A stretch of 27,390 nucleotides of DNA from IMG/VR virus record IMGVR_UViG_3300020044_004293, positions 1 through 27,390 of that record; one strand, given 5' to 3'. The position numbers were made by a program, and so were the translations under genes. The stretch is from a virus. Taxonomy: Duplodnaviria; Caudoviricetes. The notes under the pieces were generated by a model. The model saw nothing but the letters and a program-made list of their open reading frames with translations, ran no database searches and was not told the DNA's origin. This document shows positions 16,141-23,666 of this stretch, piece after piece (position 1 is the stretch's first letter; every line of letters begins with the position of its first letter).

Positions 16141-16169
16141 TTGACTTGTAAGAGTTTTTGATGTATAAT
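16141..16169 (+). promoter_or_regulatory. Internal sigma70 promoter in the tRNA array
   Basis: TTGACT-N17-TATAAT; flanks similar to the promoter at 15847. Confidence 0.82.
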
Positions 16170-16302
16170 AGTTGTTCTTCAAAAGTCCTCTCTGAGTCTT
16201 GGTTGCGAAACTAAGCATGAGGCATCGTGGATCTGATTGTTGCAATTCGCCTACAATCTTCCATTAGCAAGTTTGGTGGTTCTTGACAAAAACTACCACC
16301 AT

Positions 16303-16377
16303 ACTGCGTTCGACTTCAGGTGAGGTCATCACCCTTTCAAGGTGACTAGATGGGATCGTTACCCATACGCAGTACCA
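16303..16377 (+). tRNA. tRNA-Glu(UUC)
   Basis: Anticodon loop CTTTCAA; atypical T-loop ATCGTTA. Confidence 0.85.
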
Positions 16378-16378
16378 G

Positions 16379-16599
16379 ATTTAATTACATTGGTTACCAA
16401 GCCAGTAGGTGATTTGGAAGAGAATAATCAGTAGCCGTACTGACTCTTGCCAAGTTACATGAAAGATGGAAATCAGCTTAGGCTTTGATCAGTAGTCACG
16501 CTGGAACAACTTGGAATGTAATGTGGATGACGACCAGTCGCTAGACGATAGCGTGGTTAGCCCGATGGGATTGTTGTCAGACATCCAGTGTAATTAAAT
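16379..16599 (+). ncRNA. Putative structured RNA B
   Basis: 15-bp closing stem ATTTAATTACATTGG / CCAGTGTAATTAAAT, with internal hairpins. Confidence 0.5.
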
Positions 16600-16603
16600 G
16601 GGG

Positions 16604-16752
16604 TATTAGTTTAGTGTTATCAAGGTATCGTCATAGGACGCTATGACTATGCGGGTCCAACTGTGCGAGGAACGGATCCTAATATAACTGCTAGTCGCTC
16701 GCCAGAGGAAGCACCTTTGTTGGCAAATAGGCAAGATAACACTAAACTAATA
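16604..16752 (+). ncRNA. Putative structured RNA C
   Basis: Perfect 18-bp closing stem TATTAGTTTAGTGTTATC / GATAACACTAAACTAATA. Confidence 0.5.
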
Positions 16753-16756
16753 TTAT

Positions 16757-16849
16757 GGAGGCATTGTAGATATGGCGTGTTCTGCAGCGGACTGTAAATC
16801 CGTTCCCTCGTGGTAAACAATGTTGGTTCGACTCCAACTGCCTCCACCA
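16757..16849 (+). tRNA. tRNA-Tyr(GUA)
   Basis: Anticodon loop CTGTAAA; long variable arm. Confidence 0.88.
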
Positions 16850-16932
16850 TTAAAAGTCCTTGAAGATTAATCAAGGCAGATTAATCACCGAAAGGTTTGA
16901 TTAGCAGCAGGTGAAAGCCCTGCACCAATTTA

Positions 16933-17007
16933 GGCTCGTTCGTATAATGGTCATTACTTCGGATTGTCTATCCGATTACGGGGGTTCGATTCCCCCACGA
17001 GTCGCCA
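16933..17007 (+). tRNA. tRNA-Asp(GUC)
   Basis: Anticodon loop TTGTCTA; G73. Confidence 0.9.
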
Positions 17008-17014
17008 AGTTTAT

Positions 17015-17089
17015 TCCAGTGTAGCACAGCGGTAGTGCAGTTGACTGTTAATCAATTGGTCGTAGGTTCGATCCCTGCCACTGGAGCCA
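17015..17089 (+). tRNA. tRNA-Asn(GUU)
   Basis: Anticodon loop CTGTTAA; G73. Confidence 0.93.
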
Positions 17090-17091
17090 GT

Positions 17092-17293
17092 TTTGTTGTA
17101 AGTGTTAGCAAGAGAAAGACACATTGAGAAGATTCTTCGAAGATCGACTTAATGTAAAGCAGTGAGGGGCGCAATACCCTAGCAAAAATATAGAAGCACT
17201 GGTCAAGTATCCCAAGTAGCGTACCGAGTCCTGCTCGAGCTAGTTACACAGGTGAATGGTGCATATAACGATGGGTGCACTACTTACAACAAA
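17092..17293 (+). ncRNA. Putative structured RNA D
   Basis: 12-bp closing stem TTTGTTGTAAGT / ACTTACAACAAA, with internal UUCG- and GCAA-type hairpins. Confidence 0.48.
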
Positions 17294-17301
17294 TTTATTA
17301 T

Positions 17302-17377
17302 AGCGGGGAGGGTCTGGTCACCAGCGAGGTCTCATAAGCCTTTGCCATCCTTGGTTCGAATCCAAGTCCCGCAACCA
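17302..17377 (+). tRNA. Initiator-like tRNA-Met(CAU)
   Basis: Acceptor AGCGGGG / TCCCGCA with a 1:72 mismatch; anticodon loop CTCATAA; atypical D arm. Confidence 0.75.
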
Positions 17378-17577
17378 AACCTGCAGCTAATCACTGCTAG
17401 TGTGATCCGCACGAGAGAAACTGACTGACGATCAGTAGGATGGTTCTGGTCTACCTAACCAGCGTTGGCAACACGAGAGTTCTTTCTGGTCGGGAAGTGG
17501 GTGGAGGGTATGCGTGATGGGGTTGGGGATTCTCGGCTCTTGATGTACTATAATTACCACCGCAGAAAGAAAGCATT
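17378..17577 (+). ncRNA. Putative structured RNA E
   Basis: GC-richer non-coding spacer; stem TTCTTTCTG (17480) / CAGAAAGAA (17563); CACGAGAG occurs twice. Confidence 0.35.
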
Positions 17578-17578
17578 T

Positions 17579-17659
17579 GCCCCTGTGGTGGAATTGGTAG
17601 ACACGCTGGTCTTAGAAGCCAGTCTTCGGGTGCGAGTTCGAGTCTCGCTGGGGGCACCA
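17579..17659 (+). tRNA. tRNA-Leu(UAG)
   Basis: Anticodon loop CTTAGAA; CCA end. Confidence 0.92.
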
Positions 17660-17757
17660 TAAAAAGTTGTATTGGTAAGGAAAGAAAAAGGAGCATGGGC
17701 AAGTTGAGACATCCTAAAGTCGAAACCAGATACCGCACCTGCCAGTATAACTCTTTA
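17660..17757 (+). ncRNA. Putative structured RNA F
   Basis: Closing stem TAAAAAGTTGTATTGG / CCAGTATAACTCTTTA. Confidence 0.4.
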
Positions 17758-17758
17758 T

Positions 17759-17833
17759 GGTGATGTAGCACAGTGGTAGTGCATCTCCTTCATACGGAGC
17801 AGGTCAGTGGCTCGAATCCACTCATCACCACCA
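17759..17833 (+). tRNA. tRNA-Met(CAU), elongator type
   Basis: Anticodon loop TTCATAC; paired 1:72; CCA end. Confidence 0.85.
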
Positions 17834-17841
17834 GTTTTTAT

Positions 17842-17919
17842 CCGAGTGTAGCGCAGTCTGGTTAGCGCATCTGCTTTGGGAGCAGAGGGTCGAAGGTTCG
17901 AATCCTTCTACTCGGACCA
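17842..17919 (+). tRNA. tRNA-Pro(UGG)
   Basis: Anticodon loop TTTGGGA; C1:G72. Confidence 0.95.
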
Positions 17920-17926
17920 AGTTTTT

Positions 17927-18001
17927 GCCCTTGTATCCTTAATGGTAGAGGTTCGCTCTTGTAAGGCGAGTGATGCGGTTCGATTCCGTACTGGGGCACC
18001 A
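17927..18001 (+). tRNA. tRNA-Thr(UGU)
   Basis: Anticodon loop CTTGTAA; CCA end. Confidence 0.87.
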
Positions 18002-18018
18002 AGCATAAGTAGTATATC

Positions 18019-18093
18019 GGGGGTGTAGTGCTAATGGGAACACATCTGGTTTGCAACCAGAAATTGAGAGTTCGATTCTCTCCATCTCCACCA
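18019..18093 (+). tRNA. tRNA-Ala(UGC)
   Basis: Anticodon loop TTTGCAA; G3:U70 identity pair. Confidence 0.92.
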
Positions 18094-18112
18094 TTTTAAT
18101 ATAAAGGACAGT

Positions 18113-18376
18113 ATGATTATTAAACCATTGAAGAAGAAAATTCTTGTTGCTGAAAACAAGAGTGAAACAAAAAGCGAGTCAGGTATCATTCTTGAAGGTG
18201 CTGCTTCAGTTCGAGAATCTAAACGAGCAACTGTGCTTGCGATTGGACCAGATGTAACATTAGTTAAAGAAGGTGATGTTGTTCTTCTTGAATGGACTAA
18301 AGGTACTGTTGTTAAAGTTGATGATGCACAAAGAGTGATGATTGACGAAGAATTTGTTGTAGCAGTTTTTGATTAA
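18113..18376 (+). CDS. groES: Co-chaperonin GroES-like protein
   Basis: IKPL...ETKSESGIIL...VLAIGP-V--VKEGDVV motifs. Confidence 0.9.
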   Translation: MIIKPLKKKILVAENKSETKSESGIILEGAASVRESKRATVLAIGPDVTLVKEGDVVLLEWTKGTVVKVDDAQRVMIDEEFVVAVFD

Positions 18377-18382
18377 AGTTTA

Positions 18383-18458
18383 GCCCACATAGCTCATTTG
18401 GTAGAGCAACGCACTAGTAATGCGTAGGTGGTCAGTTCGAATCCGACTGTGGGCACCA
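18383..18458 (+). tRNA. tRNA-Thr(AGU)
   Basis: ACGCA-CTAGTAA-TGCGT anticodon arm; canonical body. Confidence 0.9.
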
Positions 18459-18472
18459 AATTAGGAGTTTAT

Positions 18473-18637
18473 ATGAGTGATGGTGGTAAAGGTAGTAAGC
18501 CAAGACCATTTAGTGTCACGCAAGAAGAATATGATAATCGATTCGAAGCAATCTTTGGCAAGAAAAAGAAAAGCGAAGAAGAGAAATTTGATGAGAAAGT
18601 AGTCATGAAAGATGAGTACTATGATTTAGAAGATTAA
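18473..18637 (+). CDS. Small phage hypothetical protein
   Basis: SD AGGAG; MSDGGKGSKPRP...FEAIFGKK. Confidence 0.75.
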   Translation: MSDGGKGSKPRPFSVTQEEYDNRFEAIFGKKKKSEEEKFDEKVVMKDEYYDLED

Positions 18638-18638
18638 T

Positions 18639-18712
18639 GTCTCGATGGTGTAATGGCAGCATCACAGTCTCCAAAACTGTTGGTCGGGGTTCGAGTCCCT
18701 GTCGGGATGCCA
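18639..18712 (+). tRNA. tRNA-Trp(CCA)
   Basis: Anticodon loop CTCCAAA; G73. Confidence 0.92.
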
Positions 18713-18729
18713 AATATAAAGGAAAATAG

Positions 18730-19440
18730 ATGAAACAAACTGGAAATATAAATTGTGAGATGGGTTGGCAAACCTATTTGGATACTCCAAAACAAGGAGA
18801 AGAAGTCACATTAGATTTATGGCCAACGCCAGTTAGAATGTCAAAACCATTTGATGATGAGTTTATACAAAAACTTCGTGAAGATGTTCAGTATCTATTG
18901 AAACCTGGAGCACCTGGACAGTCCAACAAAACTAATTTGTGGGCACTTCCAGATTTACCTGATACAATGATTCAGGTAAAACATAAAATGGAAGAAATGT
19001 GTGAGGTTGCATTTAGAAATCATTGTGAGATGCCATTACCACAGTTTAGTGCTTCTAAAGGATATTTTAGAGCAGTTGCTGGTAACAGTCCATATAGAAT
19101 AATGCCACATAGACATTCTAATGTTTTATTTGTTGCGATAATGTATGTTACAATACCAGAAGAGAATCCTGGAAATTTAGTTTTTATTGATCCTCGTGCT
19201 GGTGTGAATTGGGTCAATCAATTTTCTGCATATAAAAAAGTTCGTGCCGAAGAGGGATTGATGATAGTACATCCAGGTTATTTAATTCATTATGTGGAAC
19301 CATCTAATGTAGAAATGGGTATGTTCTATAATGGTAGACTGGCGATAGTTAGTAATATCCATAGGAATCAAGATGAATGGCAACAATCGTTAGAAGATAA
19401 TGATGAACAAATCACAAAGATGACGAGTGTAGATTTTTAA
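18730..19440 (+). CDS. Putative 2OG-Fe(II) oxygenase (TIGR02466-like)
   Basis: PHRH, GNLVFIDPR, P-YLIHYV and R-AIVSN motifs. Confidence 0.8.
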   Translation: MKQTGNINCEMGWQTYLDTPKQGEEVTLDLWPTPVRMSKPFDDEFIQKLREDVQYLLKPGAPGQSNKTNLWALPDLPDTMIQVKHKMEEMCEVAFRNHCEMPLPQFSASKGYFRAVAGNSPYRIMPHRHSNVLFVAIMYVTIPEENPGNLVFIDPRAGVNWVNQFSAYKKVRAEEGLMIVHPGYLIHYVEPSNVEMGMFYNGRLAIVSNIHRNQDEWQQSLEDNDEQITKMTSVDF

Positions 19441-19441
19441 T

Positions 19442-19515
19442 GCAGGTAAGCTAAAGGTTAGACGCCAGCCTTCCAAGCTGCGCTGAGTGGGGTTCGACTC
19501 CCCCTACCTGCTCCA
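19442..19515 (+). tRNA. tRNA-Gly(UCC)
   Basis: Anticodon loop CTTCCAA; U73. Confidence 0.82.
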
Positions 19516-19533
19516 TATAAGTAGGAGTATAAG

Positions 19534-20010
19534 ATGCGTAAGCAAATTGATATTGAAGAAGTGAGACAATTTATTGCAGAGCAAACACCAGAGACTAAAA
19601 TCTATATCGGTGGTGACTCTGAACGATTTAATATTGGCAAAGATTGGTACGCAGATTATATTATGGTTGTTGTTGTCCATATCAATGGTAACAATGGCTG
19701 TAAGATTTTTGGTGAAGTAGTTCGTGAGAGAGATTACGATCAAAAACGAGACAAACCAAGAATGAGATTGATGAACGAAGTGTATAAAATTGCTGATTTG
19801 TATCTCAAGTTACATGATGTGCTTGAGGACAGAGAAGTAGAAGTCCATCTGGATATTAATCCAGATGATATGCATGGTTCATCTTGTGTAATACAAGAAG
19901 CGACAGGATACATTCGTGGAATGTGTAATGTTGTTCCGATGGTTAAACCAAATGCATTTGCTGCATCATATGCAGCAGACAGATATAAGTCTTTTAAGAA
20001 AGCAGCTTGA
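19534..20010 (+). CDS. RNase H-like YkuK (DUF458) family protein
   Basis: IYIGGDS, RLMNEV, EVHLDIN and KPNAFAASYAAD motifs. Confidence 0.85.
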   Translation: MRKQIDIEEVRQFIAEQTPETKIYIGGDSERFNIGKDWYADYIMVVVVHINGNNGCKIFGEVVRERDYDQKRDKPRMRLMNEVYKIADLYLKLHDVLEDREVEVHLDINPDDMHGSSCVIQEATGYIRGMCNVVPMVKPNAFAASYAADRYKSFKKAA

Positions 20011-20011
20011 T

Positions 20012-20461
20012 GTGATACAGACAATACATTTTATAACAGAGCAATTCGTTTCGTTGCTACTGGAAGATCCAGTTCGACCAACGATACCTCACACTGATAG
20101 AATCGGAGAGAACAAAGACATCTTTGTCTTTCGTGATGAGAATGATGAAGTGAAAGCAATCACTTGCGTCAGTTATCAGAAAACGATTCCAACTACTGAG
20201 GGTGAACTGTTTGAAAAATGTATTGATCCATCAGTTGCAGTATTCTATACCATTTGGAGTTATGCTCCAGGTGCTGCAAGAAAGTTAATCTTCGATGCTG
20301 TCAAACACATCAAAGAGAACAGAAAAGAAATCACAAGGTTTGTTACGCTATCACCACCAACTGACATGGCAAGAAAATTCCATTTAAGGAATGGTGCTGT
20401 CGTGTTTAGAGAGAACGAACAAACAGTCAACTACGAATACAAGCAAGCAGTTTTACTTTAA
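20012..20461 (+). CDS. Hypothetical protein, possibly GNAT-like fold
   Basis: DPVRP, AVFYTIWSY-PGA and VTLSP-T-MARKFHLRNGA motifs; the start is uncertain (GTG 20012). Confidence 0.65.
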   Translation: MIQTIHFITEQFVSLLLEDPVRPTIPHTDRIGENKDIFVFRDENDEVKAITCVSYQKTIPTTEGELFEKCIDPSVAVFYTIWSYAPGAARKLIFDAVKHIKENRKEITRFVTLSPPTDMARKFHLRNGAVVFRENEQTVNYEYKQAVLL

Positions 20462-20463
20462 AC

Positions 20464-20492
20464 TTGTCTTGCAATAATTATTGATGTATAAT
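20464..20492 (+). promoter_or_regulatory. Sigma70-type promoter
   Basis: TTGTCT-N17-TATAAT. Confidence 0.8.
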
Positions 20493-20517
20493 ATACCTAT
20501 TGAATTGGAGAAATAAA

Positions 20518-21096
20518 ATGCAAATTACCCTACGAAAAGCAAATGCAGTCCAGAGCGAGATCCGCAAGGCGATTGCAGCTAAGAATGTTAGCGATACAGT
20601 TAGCATCACAGAGTTCACCAAAAATGTTGATGGTGTTTTGAGTAAAGCAATGACTGACTTTACCACTGATGTTACTCGCAAAGTGGCATTGAACACTGCT
20701 CTGTTTAACATTCGCAAGAATGTTGCACGAGTAAATGCGTCTGCTGGTATCAGCGACATCCTTGCTGACATCGAGTTGATCGATGCAAATATGGCAGTTT
20801 ACTCTGCAGTGTCCACCAAGGATGTGGCTAAAACTTTAAGTGAGATTACTGCTCGCATCGAAAAGATGAAAGCAACAACAGCAAGTGCCACAGATCGTAT
20901 CTATGGAGATCGTTACAACACTGTGGAAACCACTGTTGTTGAACAGAGTGTTATCGATGGCTCTAAAGAAGTCGTGAAGAAATTGAAGCGTGAGAAACAG
21001 GCGCTGCAAGATAAGCTGTTGACTTTGAATGTCAACAAAACAATCGACATTGATAGTGTCGATGAAATGGTATTGAAATTGGAAGGTATCATCTAA
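20518..21096 (+). CDS. Coiled-coil protein, possibly DIP1984-like
   Basis: SD GGAG; begins ITLRKA and ends LQDKLLTLNVNKTI; the family call is tentative. Confidence 0.6.
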   Translation: MQITLRKANAVQSEIRKAIAAKNVSDTVSITEFTKNVDGVLSKAMTDFTTDVTRKVALNTALFNIRKNVARVNASAGISDILADIELIDANMAVYSAVSTKDVAKTLSEITARIEKMKATTASATDRIYGDRYNTVETTVVEQSVIDGSKEVVKKLKREKQALQDKLLTLNVNKTIDIDSVDEMVLKLEGII

Positions 21097-21101
21097 GTTT
21101 C

Positions 21102-21348
21102 GAGGGACAATGCGGATAAGAGAGCAGTAGCAATAGTTGCGAAAACTAATACTTACAAAGTATTGGCTTGGTCTTGAAAACCAAATCCGAACAATCGTCC
21201 GACTTTGTTGTTGCTCCACGAATTATACTTGACTGTTATAGTCGCTGCTTGTTGCTTCGTGGTTTATAACTTTTGTGGACTGTCTTTTGCACACTGCTAA
21301 TTGCATATTGCATTGCGACTATTCGCTTGAATTGAAACATTGTTCCTC
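21102..21348 (+). ncRNA. Putative structured RNA G downstream of the coiled-coil gene
   Basis: Closing stem GAGGGACAATG / CATTGTTCCTC; internal stem GAGCAGTAGCAATAGT / ACTTTGTTGTTGCTC; no + strand ORF in the track. Confidence 0.5.
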
Positions 21349-21361
21349 ACCCATTAACTAT

Positions 21362-21436
21362 GCAGGATTAATTCAGTGGTAGAATGTCTCGTTGCCAACG
21401 AGAATGTCATCGGTTCGAATCCGATATCCTGCTCCA
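21362..21436 (+). tRNA. tRNA-Gly(GCC)
   Basis: Anticodon loop TTGCCAA; U73. Confidence 0.92.
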
Positions 21437-21448
21437 ACGAAAGAGAAT

Positions 21449-21637
21449 ATGAAAGAGCCATCAGAATTTAAGCAACAGTGGGAAGCACGGAAACTACTGA
21501 AGCGAGCAAAGAAGAAAGCCAAGAAACAATTGGAACAAAAAGGATTTTCTTCGCAGTCTGCCAGTAGAATGGTTAAGCAAGCAGTAAACAATATTGCAAA
21601 TAAACCAGAGAGAAAGAACGCTGGCAGAGGTGGTTAA
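21449..21637 (+). CDS. Small basic hypothetical protein
   Basis: ATG after AAGAGA; Lys/Arg-rich. Confidence 0.6.
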   Translation: MKEPSEFKQQWEARKLLKRAKKKAKKQLEQKGFSSQSASRMVKQAVNNIANKPERKNAGRGG

Positions 21638-22281
21638 TGTACAATATAGAGTTCACCAGTAAATCTATATTTGTTCCTAATGTAAATGTAAAATTACATA
21701 GTTCTTTTATATCAGAATCGCTTCGACTCTCATTGAAGGAAGTTGTATTAAAAGAAGAGCAGAATATATTATCTTTGCCATGTGATAATGATCACAATAA
21801 AGATTGGATCACTAGTAGACTATGGCACTACAATCTTTTTGATTATGAATATGACTGTATCAGAGAACTAAAGTCATTTGTCTACAACGAGTACATTAAG
21901 TTTATGAGTGATATTGGAGCAACTCCAACACCAATTTATGGTAGATGCTGGGTGAATATCATTCGACAAAATAGAAATATAACTCCACATCATCACGCAG
22001 ATGGACACACAGACATAGATAATGCACCGCAGGACTATGCATATCTTTCTGGAAACCTTTGTATTGAGACAGAGAATACAAGCACCTATTTTAGGCATCC
22101 ATTCTTAGATAAACTGTATGTTGGTATTGCAAATAAAAATAAAGAGATGATATTATTCCCTTCTTTCATTACACACTATGCAGATGTGAGTGAAACTCTT
22201 CCAAGAATAACAATATCATTTGATTTGATTACTAAAGAATATTACGATATAATTGGTGGAGAATATTGTGTCATGGGATGA
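21637..22281 (+). CDS. Putative 2OG-Fe(II) oxygenase
   Basis: WVNI, HHH, LSG, LFPSFITH and RITISFD motifs. Confidence 0.8.
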   Translation: MYNIEFTSKSIFVPNVNVKLHSSFISESLRLSLKEVVLKEEQNILSLPCDNDHNKDWITSRLWHYNLFDYEYDCIRELKSFVYNEYIKFMSDIGATPTPIYGRCWVNIIRQNRNITPHHHADGHTDIDNAPQDYAYLSGNLCIETENTSTYFRHPFLDKLYVGIANKNKEMILFPSFITHYADVSETLPRITISFDLITKEYYDIIGGEYCVMG

Positions 22282-22426
22282 ACATCGTATGAATATGCGC
22301 AGATATGTCGGACAGTGGATCGTTGGTCCATCTGTCCGATTCTCATTGGAGAAGAAACCCAGTTGGCTGCATCGTTTCATGACTAAATTATTACTAGGAT
22401 GGGAATGGAGAGATATCAATGAATAA
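22268..22426 (+). CDS. Small hypothetical protein (not in the ORF track)
   Basis: Start at GTG 22268 or ATG 22289; contains KPSWLHRFMTKLLLGWEW. Confidence 0.55.
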   Translation: MSWDEHRMNMRRYVGQWIVGPSVRFSLEKKPSWLHRFMTKLLLGWEWRDINE

Positions 22427-22598
22427 ACCCCTAACATTTGAACAGTGGAAAGCAGATCTTGCGCCACCAAAGGACGATAATCTAATCAAAGCGATGAATC
22501 GACTACATCAATTAGACTATAGTAAAGAATACGAAGAAATGCTTAAACGAGAGTACCAAGAATACCTCGGAGATTTTAATGGAAACTGGTTGCTATGA
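22419..22598 (+). CDS. Small hypothetical protein (59 aa, not in the ORF track)
   Basis: SD GGAG; MNKPLTFEQWK...; overlaps both neighbours. Confidence 0.6.
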   Translation: MNKPLTFEQWKADLAPPKDDNLIKAMNRLHQLDYSKEYEEMLKREYQEYLGDFNGNWLL

Positions 22599-22789
22599 TG
22601 GCAGTGAACAAGAATTTACTGAATCGACTAGTGATTGGATTAGTTGGTGTGGCAAATGCAGATGGTTGGTGGAATTCGCCCAACAAAGCATTTGATATGA
22701 AAACACCCAACGAAATGATGACGGAAGAAACATGGCTTGAGGTGCGAGATTATCTAATGCACCATGCGTATAGTGGTGGTGGATCATGA
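22595..22789 (+). CDS. Stand-alone MbcA/ParS/Xre antitoxin C-terminal-like protein
   Basis: LVG---ADGWWNSPNKAFDMKTP...VRDYL pattern. Confidence 0.6.
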   Translation: MMAVNKNLLNRLVIGLVGVANADGWWNSPNKAFDMKTPNEMMTEETWLEVRDYLMHHAYSGGGS

Positions 22790-23364
22790 GCATAGCATAT
22801 TTTCCAATTCTGATATATGAAACAGAATTGGATGTTGATAATATTTCACTACATGAAAAGGCTATTGAATTATATAATAAAAGATCGCCTGTTTCCACTA
22901 GCTGGTTCTGTGATACTTTCAATACAATAGGAACATATGATATCACTAATGATTCTTCATTTTCTGAATTTGTAGAAACCATTATGCATCACACTAAGAT
23001 TTTTGCTAAAGACTATGGCATATCGAATGCCACAATCAAAAGTAAAGAAGGATGGATAAATGTTGCAATGCCAAATGAGTACCAAGAATTTCATCTACAC
23101 CCAAACAATCATTTTTCCATGGTGTACTATGTTTCAGTCCCTGAAAATTCTGGAAACATAATTTTTAGAAGTCCAGAATCTAACACAGATATGTTTCAGT
23201 TACCATTCGGTCATGAAACATTAGCAACAATGAAGACTGCCACAATTAAAGCCAAGACTGGGAAATTAGTTATTTTTAGATCTAATTTACTTCATATGGT
23301 AGAGAAGAATAAAAGTTCTTCTGAACGAGTGAGTATTTCAATGAATGTTGTTCTGGAGGGATAA
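22786..23364 (+). CDS. Putative 2OG-Fe(II) oxygenase (TIGR02466-like)
   Basis: WINV, HLH, SMVYYV, SGNIIF, LLHMV and RVSISMN motifs. Confidence 0.85.
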   Translation: MSIAYFPILIYETELDVDNISLHEKAIELYNKRSPVSTSWFCDTFNTIGTYDITNDSSFSEFVETIMHHTKIFAKDYGISNATIKSKEGWINVAMPNEYQEFHLHPNNHFSMVYYVSVPENSGNIIFRSPESNTDMFQLPFGHETLATMKTATIKAKTGKLVIFRSNLLHMVEKNKSSSERVSISMNVVLEG

Positions 23365-23541
23365 ATGAAACTGGAAAGTCATAGAGATTTATGGACCAAT
23401 CGATACGACTACTGGTGGACAGAAGACCGAAGGATCATATCACCATATTTTAATAGTGAAGAAGAAGCCAATCGATGGAAGAAAGAAAGAGAAGATTCCA
23501 CCGAATGGGATTCTTGGAAACCAAATAGGGATTTAAGATGA
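23365..23541 (+). CDS. Small Trp-rich hypothetical protein (not in the ORF track)
   Basis: SD GGAGG; MKLESHRDLW... Confidence 0.6.
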   Translation: MKLESHRDLWTNRYDYWWTEDRRIISPYFNSEEEANRWKKEREDSTEWDSWKPNRDLR

Positions 23542-23666
23542 CATGCTGCAATAACGACTGCAATCAAGGTAGGAACTGCCCATATCGAACTGAGTATCAC
23601 TACCGATTTTATAATCTATTTCAATCAATGAAGGAACTATATGTTAGAATGTTTAATCGTAGGTGA
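23538..23666 (+). CDS. Small Cys-motif protein (not in the ORF track)
   Basis: MTCCNNDCNQGRNCP...; ATGA overlap. Confidence 0.5.
   Translation: MTCCNNDCNQGRNCPYRTEYHYRFYNLFQSMKELYVRMFNRR

Noticed and set aside
16379-17577. tmRNA or RNase P RNA among the structured spacers
   Set aside because: I found no GGGG...TCCACCA tmRNA ends with a tag frame and no RNase P P4 consensus; the elements are also short.
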